Shown piece by piece: positions 63,925 to 64,000 of a stretch of 64,000 nucleotides of DNA. The notes under the pieces were generated by a model that searched no databases, was not told the origin of the DNA, and was given only the letters and a program-made list of their open reading frames with translations. The translations under genes were made by a program, and so were the position numbers. This stretch comes from a virus, in the IMG/VR virus record IMGVR_UViG_3300034418_007243, positions 32,001-96,000 of that record. The stretch is one strand, 5' to 3'. How positions within the stretch are numbered: position 1 is the stretch's first letter; the number at the start of each line of letters is the position of its first letter.

Positions 63925-64000
63925 TAAAATAAACTTTTAGAATGACCATAAAAATGAGTTTCTACATATCTTACATTATTATTAATGTTACACTCACCTG
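63924..64000 (-). CDS. 3' end of an upstream gene (partial)
   Basis: ...GECNINNNVRYVETHFYGHSKSLF*; its TAA overlaps the next ATG. Confidence 0.5.
   Translation of the reverse strand, partial: GECNINNNVRYVETHFYGHSKSLF

Noticed and set aside
1-64000. Stop-codon reassignment as in some Crassvirales
   Set aside because: Genes up to 12.6 kb are uninterrupted in the standard code; TAG (7944-7946) and TGA (5928-5930) end genes at sensible positions

Overview
An AT-rich 64-kb segment of a lytic crAss-like (Crassvirales-related) phage, probably infecting an aquatic Bacteroidota/Flavobacteriia host. Starts are A-rich without obvious Shine-Dalgarno sites, and the genetic code is standard. The + strand (1-50056) is the late/virion block: Cys-rich structural proteins, a phosphoesterase, an IHF-like protein, ring/tail-tube proteins, small basic and holin-like genes, a 1653-aa muzzle/tail-stabilisation protein, and seven large putative ejected cargo proteins. 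The cargo set includes a multi-domain peptidoglycan hydrolase and a 4198-aa virion RNA polymerase (GADFDID motif) with an N-terminal zincin and C-terminal accessory domains, one AlkB-like. The - strand (50141-64000) is a convergent early/replication block: glucosaminidase, MazG, SplB-like radical SAM, mini-kinase, a repeat-delimited mini-gene array containing a tRNA-like RNA, DUF932-like protein, PolB, PD-(D/E)XK nuclease, MoxR-like AAA+ with VWA/metallopeptidase, and DUF6915. Most striking: (1) the three largest cargo proteins (~7,860 aa) appear to carry only four Cys, all at the facing termini, suggesting head-to-tail linkage; (2) a recurring [FYM]xxGG motif punctuates the smaller cargo proteins; (3) a 19-bp repeat delimits a cassette array, one cassette being a structured RNA; (4) accessory domains of the vRNAP sit between 21-bp direct repeats. 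All family assignments are by-eye motif recognition; no searches were run.
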